Part shown: positions 1 to 8,342 of the stretch, in pieces
Position numbering within the stretch: position 1 is the stretch's first letter
How the letters are laid out: every line of letters begins with the position of its first letter
Virus record (IMG/VR): IMGVR_UViG_3300030110_005581
Length of the DNA stretch: 64,000 bases
Source of the DNA: a virus
Direction: 5' to 3' (one strand)
The notes under the pieces: model-generated
The model's database searches: none
Told to the model about the DNA's origin: nothing
What the model saw: the letters and a program-made list of their open reading frames with translations, nothing else
Program-made: the position numbers and the translations under genes

Positions 1-43
1 TCCATCAATAATTAGTAAACCATAAGCGTAAAAGCCGTTTTTT

Positions 44-457
44 TTAGTCGGTTAGACCAGACCCTGTAAGGTGATACATATGCTCATGACCTATGCCAGT
101 TAAAGAGGCATAAAGCTTGAAGCCACTAGTTGCGGCGCGCCCGTGTACATATATCTCTTTACACTTGACATCGAATGTGTAATTCGTTCCGTCTCCAGAG
201 AGTTGGAGGTAGTGGTTACCCCCATTGACGTTACCTGCAGATGCAGAATTAAAAGCGACTCCAATAATTGGATTGGTACCAGAGGCGAAAACAGTTACAG
301 TTTTAGTCACAAAAGGAAAAGTTACTCTAAACTCGACGCCGGCGCCTACTGTCGAGCCCGTAATAAAAGGATGTCCTGATATTTGATATGAACCAACGTT
401 TCGTAAGCCAACGCCGTGACCTGGATAATTAACACCTGAATTAAGTTTCTGCACCAT
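44..457 (-). CDS. Hypothetical protein, 137 aa, probably virion-associated
   Basis: AAGGAG SD upstream of ATG. Gly/Ser/Thr-rich beta-type sequence, located in the head module downstream of bS21. No family recognised. Confidence 0.7.
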   Translation of the reverse strand: MVQKLNSGVNYPGHGVGLRNVGSYQISGHPFITGSTVGAGVEFRVTFPFVTKTVTVFASGTNPIIGVAFNSASAGNVNGGNHYLQLSGDGTNYTFDVKCKEIYVHGRAATSGFKLYASLTGIGHEHMYHLTGSGLTD

Positions 458-501
458 TTTTTCTATCTCCTTAGACTATATGTGGCTTTTGTTTTAATTA
501 A

Positions 502-729
502 TTAGTTGCCCAATTGCTTAATCTTTTCTTTATGAAGTTTTTCTAGAACCTTTTTGCGGCGTGCTTTCTGACGCCTCCTTTTGACAGAGGGCTTTTCATA
601 GCGCATACGATCCCTACACTCATCAAGAATTTTGCTGTTCTTTACTTTTTTAATAAATCTTTTAATCATTGCGGCGGGATGCTCTCTTTTATCGCGCGGC
701 TTTACTTCTATGTTAACTACTTTTCCCAT
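502..729 (-). CDS. rpsU: Phage-encoded 30S ribosomal protein bS21
   Basis: 75 aa, very basic. KRFIKKVKNSKILDECRDRMRYEKPSVKRRRQKARR matches the S21 signature (RF-K...E-R-R-x-x-YEKPS-x-KR). AAGGA SD upstream. Confidence 0.9.
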   Translation of the reverse strand: MGKVVNIEVKPRDKREHPAAMIKRFIKKVKNSKILDECRDRMRYEKPSVKRRRQKARRKKVLEKLHKEKIKQLGN

Positions 730-738
730 GTTATATCC

Positions 739-1176
739 TTAAACTAGTTTATCCCATCTTGAGGCCCCCAGGGCCATAATTCCAGTAATATCTACGCCGG
801 CGTCATTTGGATCGACACCAGCAAGGGCCCCTTGAGCTGGGCCTTCGCTTGGGTCGCCCCCTTTTCGCAGAGGCTCAACACCTTCAAATATCTCATTCCC
901 AAAACCAGAGGCATCTAATAATTTTCTCTTTCTTTCCTTCAGCATTCTAGCTTTTTCTTCCTGCAACTCTGCGCGCTGCTGTTCTAACAGGGTGGATTGT
1001 TCGCTTCTAGGGGGCGAAGCCTCTACCTGCTGAGTTGTGGATTCAGTTAATATTGGCCCAAACCCAGCCACAACCTCCGACACAACGCGAGAAAGCACAC
1101 CTTCCTCCAGGAGGGCTTCCTTGACGCATTGCTTTACTAGAGGTTTTAGTACTTTTTTTAATTCTGTTTTATCCAT
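739..1176 (-). CDS. Hypothetical protein, possible prohead core/internal protein
   Basis: 145 aa with N-terminal LKKVLKPLVKQCVKEALLEE helix and a central coiled coil. Lies directly downstream of the prohead protease; function inferred from position only. Confidence 0.65.
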   Translation of the reverse strand: MDKTELKKVLKPLVKQCVKEALLEEGVLSRVVSEVVAGFGPILTESTTQQVEASPPRSEQSTLLEQQRAELQEEKARMLKERKRKLLDASGFGNEIFEGVEPLRKGGDPSEGPAQGALAGVDPNDAGVDITGIMALGASRWDKLV

Positions 1177-1179
1177 TTG

Positions 1180-1815
1180 TCACCTTGTAAAAATATCATT
1201 CAAAGCGCGATTAATTCTATCGCCCTTTGTAAAGATTTTTGATAATCCTTTTTCTAGACTCTCATACATGTTAATTTTTTGATCGAGAATATAAGCATTT
1301 GGCGCAGAAGGCTCACTAACGGCATCAAAACAAATTAACTGTAGGTCTTCCTGCACCATTTGAGCGTTTGTGCCTTTTGGGCACGGGCCAAGTGATCCAA
1401 GGGCCCTGGAAGAAAAGCCAAATTTAACACCACTATTATATAAACCCTCTAGAATTTGACCAGCAGGGGTCTTTAAACATTGTACAACCCCAATTACATC
1501 GTCACCTTCCCACCAGATTCTAACTACCTTGTGGGAAGCGTTTTTAAGATTAATCACGCTATCATCGGGATGATCACATTCGCCAATCGCTCTTCCTTCA
1601 GCAACCATTTTAGCATAGTTTTCAATCTCTCTCTCCAAGACGCGTCGGCCATACACACGGCCATTGCCGTTTTGTACATCGCACTGTTGGAGCTTGGCGG
1701 GAAACAGTAAGAATCCGTTATTTATGAGTTTTTTCTCACCCTCATTTAAAAGATCTTTGCAGCCTCGCTCATCACATTTTAATTCATAATATTCTCTTAA
1801 GAGTGCTTTTGACAT
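1180..1815 (-). CDS. Prohead core protease (T4 gp21-like)
   Basis: Motifs QNGNGRVY, AIGECDHP (catalytic His), FGFSSRALGSL (catalytic Ser) and LICFDAVSEPSAPNAY are typical of the gp21 family. Confidence 0.9.
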   Translation of the reverse strand: MSKALLREYYELKCDERGCKDLLNEGEKKLINNGFLLFPAKLQQCDVQNGNGRVYGRRVLEREIENYAKMVAEGRAIGECDHPDDSVINLKNASHKVVRIWWEGDDVIGVVQCLKTPAGQILEGLYNSGVKFGFSSRALGSLGPCPKGTNAQMVQEDLQLICFDAVSEPSAPNAYILDQKINMYESLEKGLSKIFTKGDRINRALNDIFTR

Positions 1816-1816
1816 T

Positions 1817-1909
1817 CTATTTTTTCCTTATGGCGGCCGCTAGCCGCACGATACAAGATCCGCTGCAGCAACGGCGAACGGGTTGTAGTTTCCATTTTTT
1901 AATTGACAT
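1817..1909 (-). CDS. Unannotated 30-aa Cys-containing micro-ORF (MSIKKWKLQPVRRCCSGSCIVRLAAAIRKK)
   Basis: Translated by hand. GGAG SD 6 nt before ATG. Fills the gap between the 109-aa gene and the protease, with its stop 2 nt before the protease ATG. Confidence 0.5.
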   Translation of the reverse strand: MSIKKWKLQPVRRCCSGSCIVRLAAAIRKK

Positions 1910-2228
1910 GACAGTCTCCCTCGTTTTTAAAAGTTATTTTAAAGCCAAAATCGTTAATTAAAACGCTTAATAAGTAACTAGTTCCGGAACTTAAAGATCC
2001 TAGTATTAATCCATTTGCAACATTATGTTCAAATGTAAATAGTTCCGTATAATCATTAATTCCAAACAAAAAAACGCCCACCCAAAAGCCCATGCACATG
2101 GGGCAGTGAAACAGCTTACAGAAGCCCCCAAGGGCACTTTTGGGCGGTCGTATTTTATTAAAGATGGACCCAAACACTATGATTTGAGTCATGCCATATG
2201 CGGCTAATATAAAATATAATAAATCCAT
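1899..2228 (-). CDS. Small membrane protein with CxxC motif (DUF1360-like)
   Basis: About three hydrophobic segments; FHCPMCMGFWVG resembles the C-x-x-C-x-x-x-W motif of DUF1360-like proteins. Confidence 0.65.
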   Translation of the reverse strand: MDLLYFILAAYGMTQIIVFGSIFNKIRPPKSALGGFCKLFHCPMCMGFWVGVFLFGINDYTELFTFEHNVANGLILGSLSSGTSYLLSVLINDFGFKITFKNEGDCHVN

Positions 2229-2242
2229 CTAAAGCCTATATC

Positions 2243-2848
2243 TTAATAACCGCCGCGGCCAAACATGCCATACTGTGCGGGGTACCCTGTGTATTGATTT
2301 ACAGTTCCCTGATGCTTTTGGTGTGGCACTTCTCCAAGCTCAGTTGAATCTTTTTCGTTAGGATCGAGAAGTTCTTTCTCAAACTCAACTCTATATTGTT
2401 GTGCTGCCAAGTAGTGTGGCTTCTCCTCCAAAAGAAATGCAACCACAGTATACAGAGACATTTGAATTGGATCGATTTTTGCTGGCTCTAGTGGCGTCAG
2501 AAGCTTGCCCTCTAGTGAGCCAAACACATTGCCTCCATGCACAGTTGATGGATCAACGACGCCTACGCGAGTAAGGTGTTCAAAAAGTCTAGATTGGGTA
2601 GCATAGACATGATCACCGTATTGATTTTTCGAAAGTGCAACAACCTTGTTCTTTGCAGGCGAAAGGACAATATCTATTTCTGGGTGGTCAATAATTAATA
2701 TATTGCCGTCCATTGTTTTCCTGGCCTTTAAGTTGACCTTTGCAGCAATTGGATTTTCAACAGTAACTTTAAAACTAGCAACTGTAGGGGGAGGCACATC
2801 TAGTGCAACTCCCTTATTATCTATGATTTTTACGCTGATGTCGGCCAT
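2243..2848 (-). CDS. Hypothetical protein, 201 aa
   Basis: GGAGGT SD and TAATG coupling to the upstream gene. Ends in ...GMFGRGGY. Confidence 0.75.
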   Translation of the reverse strand: MADISVKIIDNKGVALDVPPPTVASFKVTVENPIAAKVNLKARKTMDGNILIIDHPEIDIVLSPAKNKVVALSKNQYGDHVYATQSRLFEHLTRVGVVDPSTVHGGNVFGSLEGKLLTPLEPAKIDPIQMSLYTVVAFLLEEKPHYLAAQQYRVEFEKELLDPNEKDSTELGEVPHQKHQGTVNQYTGYPAQYGMFGRGGY

Positions 2849-3663
2849 TAGCTTTGTACCTCCGAGACAACCGTTTGCACCTTAAGAATTGATTGTAACA
2901 TATCTTTGTCAATTGGTTTAGAGCTAAATGATTCTAAAAGCTCTTCCACCTTTTGCATCTTTTGTTTCATGTTTGCATCTTTGTTTAGTTCTTCTAAATC
3001 ATAGGAACCCTTGACTGCTTCTCTTAGGCGAGATATTTCTTCGTTTAAGAACATCTTTAAGTCTACCCCATTGTCTAAAAACGAAAGAATGTATTTATTT
3101 AGAAGCTCTTTTTGGGACTCTACTAAGGTTTTCCCATATTTGCCATTGAACCTCTCAATAAATTTATTAACAACCAAGTTGCTTACTTTATCATTTTTGG
3201 TCTTTTGTGCGGCTTTGTGAGAGATGTTTGTGAGAACTTTCTCTTCCAACATCACTCGATTTTTGATGCTTATATCTTCTCCAAAAATTTGAGAAAGGGT
3301 GGCGATATCTCTGTAGTTTGGCACAAAATTAGAAAACACTGATTTTGAAATCTCTTTATTTATTTTCTTAATCAGCGCAGATTGCTCAGAAAAGATTTTC
3401 TTTTCATCTAGTAGTTTATATTCTTTTTTGGCTTCTTGTATCAGCCTTTCCCCAACTCTCGCCGGGATGTTTCTCGTCTCTAAGAGGGATTTAAACAAGC
3501 GCAGCTCTTTGCCAATTTCGCTTTGTGGAGTGAAAGACTCTTTTATAATTGAGATAACCCTATTTCTAATATCTGAATTTCCATTAATTGTGCGCTTAAC
3601 GACCTCTCGAACGAGCGCTTCATATAGGAATGCTGTATTTCTTTTTTTATTGTGTTTCGACAT
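2848..3663 (-). CDS. Hypothetical helical protein, 271 aa, directly after the portal
   Basis: GGAG SD; start overlaps the portal 3' end. N-terminus KHNKKRNTAFLYEALVRE, Lys/Glu-rich helices. Confidence 0.75.
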   Translation of the reverse strand: MSKHNKKRNTAFLYEALVREVVKRTINGNSDIRNRVISIIKESFTPQSEIGKELRLFKSLLETRNIPARVGERLIQEAKKEYKLLDEKKIFSEQSALIKKINKEISKSVFSNFVPNYRDIATLSQIFGEDISIKNRVMLEEKVLTNISHKAAQKTKNDKVSNLVVNKFIERFNGKYGKTLVESQKELLNKYILSFLDNGVDLKMFLNEEISRLREAVKGSYDLEELNKDANMKQKMQKVEELLESFSSKPIDKDMLQSILKVQTVVSEVQS

Positions 3664-5689
3664 TATCTTTTTGCTCCAAACTGTTTAACAAATCCCTAAC
3701 CGACTGATTGACCTCGAACAGCATCTGTTCTTGATCATTATAATTAGTATCTTTAGTCTCATAAATACCTTTTCCAAGACCTAGCAACTCTTCAGCGCCA
3801 TCTGGTAGGTTCATTTTTAATTGTCTATTCGGTAAAGTTGCAAATTCGTGACCATCTTTTGCTCGCATATTTCTCTTACGAGCGCCTCTTTGTCTCATAT
3901 CTGATGCGACCGGCTTATACCAACCGTGAGACTTATCAGTAGTGGTTTTTTCTACACCGCCAAACGCATTCTTCTTAACCTTTGCTTTAACCCACGCTGC
4001 GCCATCGTCTCGTTTTCCTGGGGCGGCCAACAATGAAGTGTCTGCATCTCCCTCTTCAGTTGTTGGCGGGGCTTCAGGCGCATCTGTAGCTTCAGCTGCA
4101 CCCATATCTGCGCCCAGATCTTCACCGCCCATGTCCATGTCTCCGCCTAAATCTCCCAAGCCTTCTTCTCCACCGAGCGCGCCTAGATCTCCCCCGCCTC
4201 CGGCGGCATCGCCACCTGCCATAGCATCTTGACCTAACATCTCTATTGATTGAGAGAAGTATTTATCATAATAAAGTTCTCTTTGGTTTCTCAAGAACTC
4301 TTCTTCTGAGAGGTCGAAAAGATTTCTTGCGATCCATCGCTTGCTAAAATAGCCTTCAGCAGCTTGGGCTGCAACACTAAACTTAGTATTCCAATGCTCA
4401 AGTTCTTGTAGTTCGGAAATTTTAGACGGGTTGTTCAGTTTAATTTTAAATGATAACAAGTCATCGCCGCGGTATCCCAAAGTATACAAATGAATAATGC
4501 CAACTTTTTCAAGCTCAGTTGTAACAGAACGCTGGAGCCTTTGAATTGTGCGGGCAAAACGAATATCTTTTTGAGCCAAAGTGGCCTTGTCTTCATCGCC
4601 GCCTTCAGCGCGTGAAAGATAAGATGCCGGCACCTTAAGGGCAGAAAACAACTTATCTCTAAGATACTTAACGTCGTCAATGTCGCCAGTATATGTGCCG
4701 CCTGGTAAGTTTGAAATTTCAGTCCCTACTCCGCCGCGGACAGGAATAAAATAATCCTCTTCCACTGACATAGGATTGTATCTTAAGTCAACTCTCCCTG
4801 TGTCAGCATCAACAATCTGGTTTCTCTTCATAGAGGTAATGACGCGCTGCATATATTGTTCAACGTCTTGGGGTGGAATGTTGCCCACATCAATCTTAAA
4901 TACGCGGCGCTCTGGTGCTCGAACAATCCTGTATGCCATCATTGCATCTTCTAGTAGAATAAGTTGACGCCAAATGCGACGTGCAGAATCTAAGACAGAG
5001 GTTCCATAAGGGGCAAATTTGTCATTCCCCAGGATTCTAAAGTGCCCCATTTGCCAATTTTCAAAGGTAACTCCGCCAGAATTCCACTGATATTGGACAT
5101 AGTTTGGATTCGTTTTGTCTTCGCCCTCCAGCCTCTCTACTTGATCGGTTGGGAGCCCAATGACTTGTTTGATTCCTGTGTTTGCATCGATGTCTAAATA
5201 GAGGTAAAAGTCGCCATATTTACACATGGTGCGACACCAACCGAATAAATTAAATTCTATGTTTAATACATTAAAAAACAAGGTGTCGAGAATCCCTTTT
5301 ATCTCCTCATCGTGACAGTCAATGTCAATTATCTTTTTTATGCCAGTGTGGGTTGTCATTTCGTCTGCATATATATCCAGCGCAGAAGCAATCTCTGGTG
5401 TGTATTCCATTTGATCAAAGTCGGAATATCTCTGTAGTCGCGACTGAGTGCCCATCATGAAGGCGGAAAAATTATCAAAAGGATTATAACCAATTCTTTC
5501 AAATTTTTGCCCTGACACATCTTTAAAGGTATTGGCATACTTATCAAGACGCCGGCGTCTCAATTGTCGAGTATTCTGAGATCGATAATTAATCAGGGGT
5601 CCAGAAAACAATTTCGTCAATCTTCGATATAAATTAGAATCTGGGTTTTTTGGGTTTTTTGTACTTCTTACTTTGTCGCTGGGATTCAT
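3647..5689 (-). CDS. Portal vertex protein (T4 gp20-like)
   Basis: Motifs YTPEIASALDIYADE, KYGDFYL, LEDAMMAYRIVRAPERRVFKIDVGNIP, EEDYFIPVRGG and DIDDVKYLRDKLFSALKVP. Long acidic Gly-rich C-terminal extension. Confidence 0.93.
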   Translation of the reverse strand: MNPSDKVRSTKNPKNPDSNLYRRLTKLFSGPLINYRSQNTRQLRRRRLDKYANTFKDVSGQKFERIGYNPFDNFSAFMMGTQSRLQRYSDFDQMEYTPEIASALDIYADEMTTHTGIKKIIDIDCHDEEIKGILDTLFFNVLNIEFNLFGWCRTMCKYGDFYLYLDIDANTGIKQVIGLPTDQVERLEGEDKTNPNYVQYQWNSGGVTFENWQMGHFRILGNDKFAPYGTSVLDSARRIWRQLILLEDAMMAYRIVRAPERRVFKIDVGNIPPQDVEQYMQRVITSMKRNQIVDADTGRVDLRYNPMSVEEDYFIPVRGGVGTEISNLPGGTYTGDIDDVKYLRDKLFSALKVPASYLSRAEGGDEDKATLAQKDIRFARTIQRLQRSVTTELEKVGIIHLYTLGYRGDDLLSFKIKLNNPSKISELQELEHWNTKFSVAAQAAEGYFSKRWIARNLFDLSEEEFLRNQRELYYDKYFSQSIEMLGQDAMAGGDAAGGGGDLGALGGEEGLGDLGGDMDMGGEDLGADMGAAEATDAPEAPPTTEEGDADTSLLAAPGKRDDGAAWVKAKVKKNAFGGVEKTTTDKSHGWYKPVASDMRQRGARKRNMRAKDGHEFATLPNRQLKMNLPDGAEELLGLGKGIYETKDTNYNDQEQMLFEVNQSVRDLLNSLEQKDNVETQ

Positions 5690-5694
5690 TTATC

Positions 5695-7281
5695 TTATCC
5701 TTTTAGTAACCATAAAAATTCATTCATTTTCTTTTTTTCACTAATCGCTTTTTCGAAAAGCTCAGTTTGTTTGGGCCTTGTCATACCTGGAATGCGAGAA
5801 TCGATATGTGTCTTATTTGTCATTATACAGTTTAAAAATGCTTTTTTATACTCAATATCTCGTTTATTTTCAATAAGCACGGTGTCGCGAACCCAACAAC
5901 CAATGGCGCACGCCATAATGAGATCGTCGTTGTATCCCCTCTGTGCCTCTGGCTTTCCGTTCCTCCATATAAAAGTGTCTAACTCATTAATTAGCCTTCT
6001 AGAATAAATAGTTAACATTTTGTTTCTTACGTATTCTTCAAACTTTGCCACAATTAAAGGTCTTGTTTTCATCGAGGTTGTAAAGCCAGGAATGGCCGAA
6101 GAATGAGTTTCGGCCTGATATTGGTCAATATAGTCGTGCGAGGATTTAAGGGAGTGGTAGAGGTTCGGGTACGCCTTTTCTTTTAACTTGTCAAGCACAG
6201 CAAAGCCAACGCTGTTATTTTCTACAACAACCATAGCATTTCCATATTCTCTCCCCGCGCCATAAACTATGTCAGAAAACAAGTCCAAAGTAACTTTCCC
6301 CTGATATTCTGCGATGATTTCCATCGTCTCTAGTTTGAAAATATGGAAAGTGCTAGAGTCGGCTCCATCGCCGCGCGCAACATCTGCAACCAACAAGTAT
6401 GTATTTTCAGGAATATGCTCTTCCCATATCCAATAATTCCTATCTATGCCGGTTCTATATCTTGGATCTTGAATATTGCTTTTTAGATACTGAATGTCTT
6501 CTCCATCAATTACAGTTTCACCCGACGTGTTAAAGTTACATTCATATTCTTGAGCAATCTGCCTCTTACTCATGTTTTTGGTTTCTGTTTCAAACCAGGC
6601 CTGATCTCTATCTGGGTGCACATCCCAGTTCAATTTAACAGGAAAAAATTCATTTTGACCTGCCTCTGACTTTATATATGTTTCGTGAAACCAATCACCC
6701 ACACCATTTGGCGTAGATAGAGATATGCAGCGACCACCAGTAGAAATAGTAGGATAAAGACCTGTCCACAAATCTGTCAGATTTTCAATATGTGCAGCCT
6801 CATCAATAACCAACAAAGAAAGCGCCTCGGATCGACCAGCATCCCCTGATGTTGAAGAGGCTTTAACTTGAGATCCGTTGCTTAGCTCGAAAGAATTCTT
6901 ATTATCGATATCTATGCTGGCAATCCTTAGCCAGTCAGGGAGGTGCTTGATGATTCCCTTGACCTTTCTGACCAAATTTGCAGCAGTGCTTAGCTTCGTC
7001 GCAACAACAAGAACGTTCTTGTCACGATGGAATAACAACATCCAAGAAACATAAGCTGCAACAATGGTTGATATACCCAACTGGCGCGCCTTAAGAATGA
7101 CAGTAAATCGGTGATCATTAAAGTCATCCAATAGATCATCTTGATAATCGTAGGTTTTAAACGGTATTAGGCCATGGCCGGGGTGGGGGATCTTAGCATA
7201 GTTTCTTATAAAGTAGCGCACATCTTTCCCAGACTTCACCACCTCTTTTAGGATTTCTTTCTTTGTTAATTTGTATGCCAT
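5695..7281 (-). CDS. terL: Terminase large subunit (T4 gp17-like)
   Basis: Walker A-like ILKARQLGIST, Walker B LLVIDEAAHI, coupling motif STPNG, and RNase H-like nuclease LVADVARGDGADSS ... DDLIMACAI. Confidence 0.93.
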   Translation of the reverse strand: MAYKLTKKEILKEVVKSGKDVRYFIRNYAKIPHPGHGLIPFKTYDYQDDLLDDFNDHRFTVILKARQLGISTIVAAYVSWMLLFHRDKNVLVVATKLSTAANLVRKVKGIIKHLPDWLRIASIDIDNKNSFELSNGSQVKASSTSGDAGRSEALSLLVIDEAAHIENLTDLWTGLYPTISTGGRCISLSTPNGVGDWFHETYIKSEAGQNEFFPVKLNWDVHPDRDQAWFETETKNMSKRQIAQEYECNFNTSGETVIDGEDIQYLKSNIQDPRYRTGIDRNYWIWEEHIPENTYLLVADVARGDGADSSTFHIFKLETMEIIAEYQGKVTLDLFSDIVYGAGREYGNAMVVVENNSVGFAVLDKLKEKAYPNLYHSLKSSHDYIDQYQAETHSSAIPGFTTSMKTRPLIVAKFEEYVRNKMLTIYSRRLINELDTFIWRNGKPEAQRGYNDDLIMACAIGCWVRDTVLIENKRDIEYKKAFLNCIMTNKTHIDSRIPGMTRPKQTELFEKAISEKKKMNEFLWLLKG

Positions 7282-7841
7282 TATGCCTTAACATTGCTAG
7301 CTTTTTTTGCTCCAGAATATTTTGGTTTGCCGGTTTGAAGCCAGTTCTCAACTGCTGCTCTCAATTTTTCTTCTGCATCTCCCGGAGAGTTAACACCAAC
7401 AGCCTCTGCGTCTTTAAGGCCCGCGATTGTATAGATTTTCTTGGCCTGACACCAAGTTCTAATTCTCGACATGTTTTGTAATAAAACCTCACAGGGCCCA
7501 TCAGCCTTCAAGCCCAAGGTGTTTCCTGTAATTTTCTTGTATTCTTTTTTCAAGAACTTCGCAATATCCTTGTAGACTTGCTCAATCTCCTCATCAATTT
7601 TTGTATTATGAAAAGACTTCATCGGAAGTTCAGATTGATAAGTTACAATAAGCTTGGGGCCTGATATTCGCACCTTAAATCCATCAATAACTCGTGAATC
7701 GTGAATAGGGCAGCCCTCTTCTCGGCGGAGGCCGATTCCCTTGTCTTCCCCATCAACCACAAAGCGCTTATCGTGGGAACCATCGTATGCATTTGCTGCA
7801 GCTTGGTTAATTCCTTTTATAATTTCGTATACAGATGCCAT
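7281..7841 (-). CDS. Hypothetical protein, 186 aa
   Basis: AAGGAG SD; TAATG-coupled to neighbours on both sides. No family recognised. Confidence 0.7.
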   Translation of the reverse strand: MASVYEIIKGINQAAANAYDGSHDKRFVVDGEDKGIGLRREEGCPIHDSRVIDGFKVRISGPKLIVTYQSELPMKSFHNTKIDEEIEQVYKDIAKFLKKEYKKITGNTLGLKADGPCEVLLQNMSRIRTWCQAKKIYTIAGLKDAEAVGVNSPGDAEEKLRAAVENWLQTGKPKYSGAKKASNVKA

Positions 7842-8263
7842 TATTTAATCTCCTTATCCTTGTCTGGTCTCCATCCGTTTAACCACTTTTCTTCGTTAAA
7901 TTCAACGTAATGTAGGTAACATTTAAAGCAGCAATCAAACTTGTTCATATATAAATCGTCTTTTAGTTTAAAAGATAGTTCTTCGCAAACTGGGCACTTT
8001 CTTTTATTTTCCTTAGTAATTAGATTCTTTGGAAGTAAAAAGCCGTCTTTTTCAACTTTCTCTGAGTTGGCGTCATTTTTATAAAATTCCTTGACTTCTT
8101 CAAGATATTCTTTTTCCTTCTCGTCTGTCCAAAATGATTTTGGATTAACAATAGTTTCTGTTCCAAATTTTTTAGCAATTGCCTTCTCTACCTCTGCTAT
8201 TCGATTTAAATCTTTTTCTTTTGACATTTTCAAACCATCCGTAAGATCGGTGTAGGCCCCCAT
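7841..8263 (-). CDS. Zinc-finger-like hypothetical protein (alternative start at 8227)
   Basis: CPVC ... CCFKC Cys cluster after a charged N-terminal region. First gene after the fibre terminator. Confidence 0.65.
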   Translation of the reverse strand: MGAYTDLTDGLKMSKEKDLNRIAEVEKAIAKKFGTETIVNPKSFWTDEKEKEYLEEVKEFYKNDANSEKVEKDGFLLPKNLITKENKRKCPVCEELSFKLKDDLYMNKFDCCFKCYLHYVEFNEEKWLNGWRPDKDKEIK

Positions 8264-8291
8264 TATAAGTCATATAATATATATTTTTAAC

Positions 8292-8326
8292 AAAAAAAAG
8301 GGAGGGAGATAAACCCCCTCCCTCCC
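8292..8326 (-). terminator. Intrinsic terminator after the tail-fibre gene
   Basis: Minus strand GGGAGGGAG-N9-CTCCCTCCC (9-bp GC-rich stem) followed by a T8 tract, 17 nt after the fibre stop codon. Confidence 0.85.
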
Positions 8327-8342
8327 AAGAAAAATAAATTAA

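Noticed and set aside
742-750. CTAGTTTA upstream of bS21 as a late-promoter variant
   Set aside because: It does not match CTA(A/T)TTA and lies in the last codons of the upstream gene, so it may be chance.
1899-1935. Programmed frameshift joining the CxxC membrane protein to the 30-aa peptide
   Set aside because: No canonical X XXY YYZ heptamer in frame, and the peptide has its own SD and ATG, so independent initiation is simpler.
3942-4232. Pro/Ser-rich plus-strand ORF
   Set aside because: It is the reverse complement of the Gly/Asp low-complexity portal tail.
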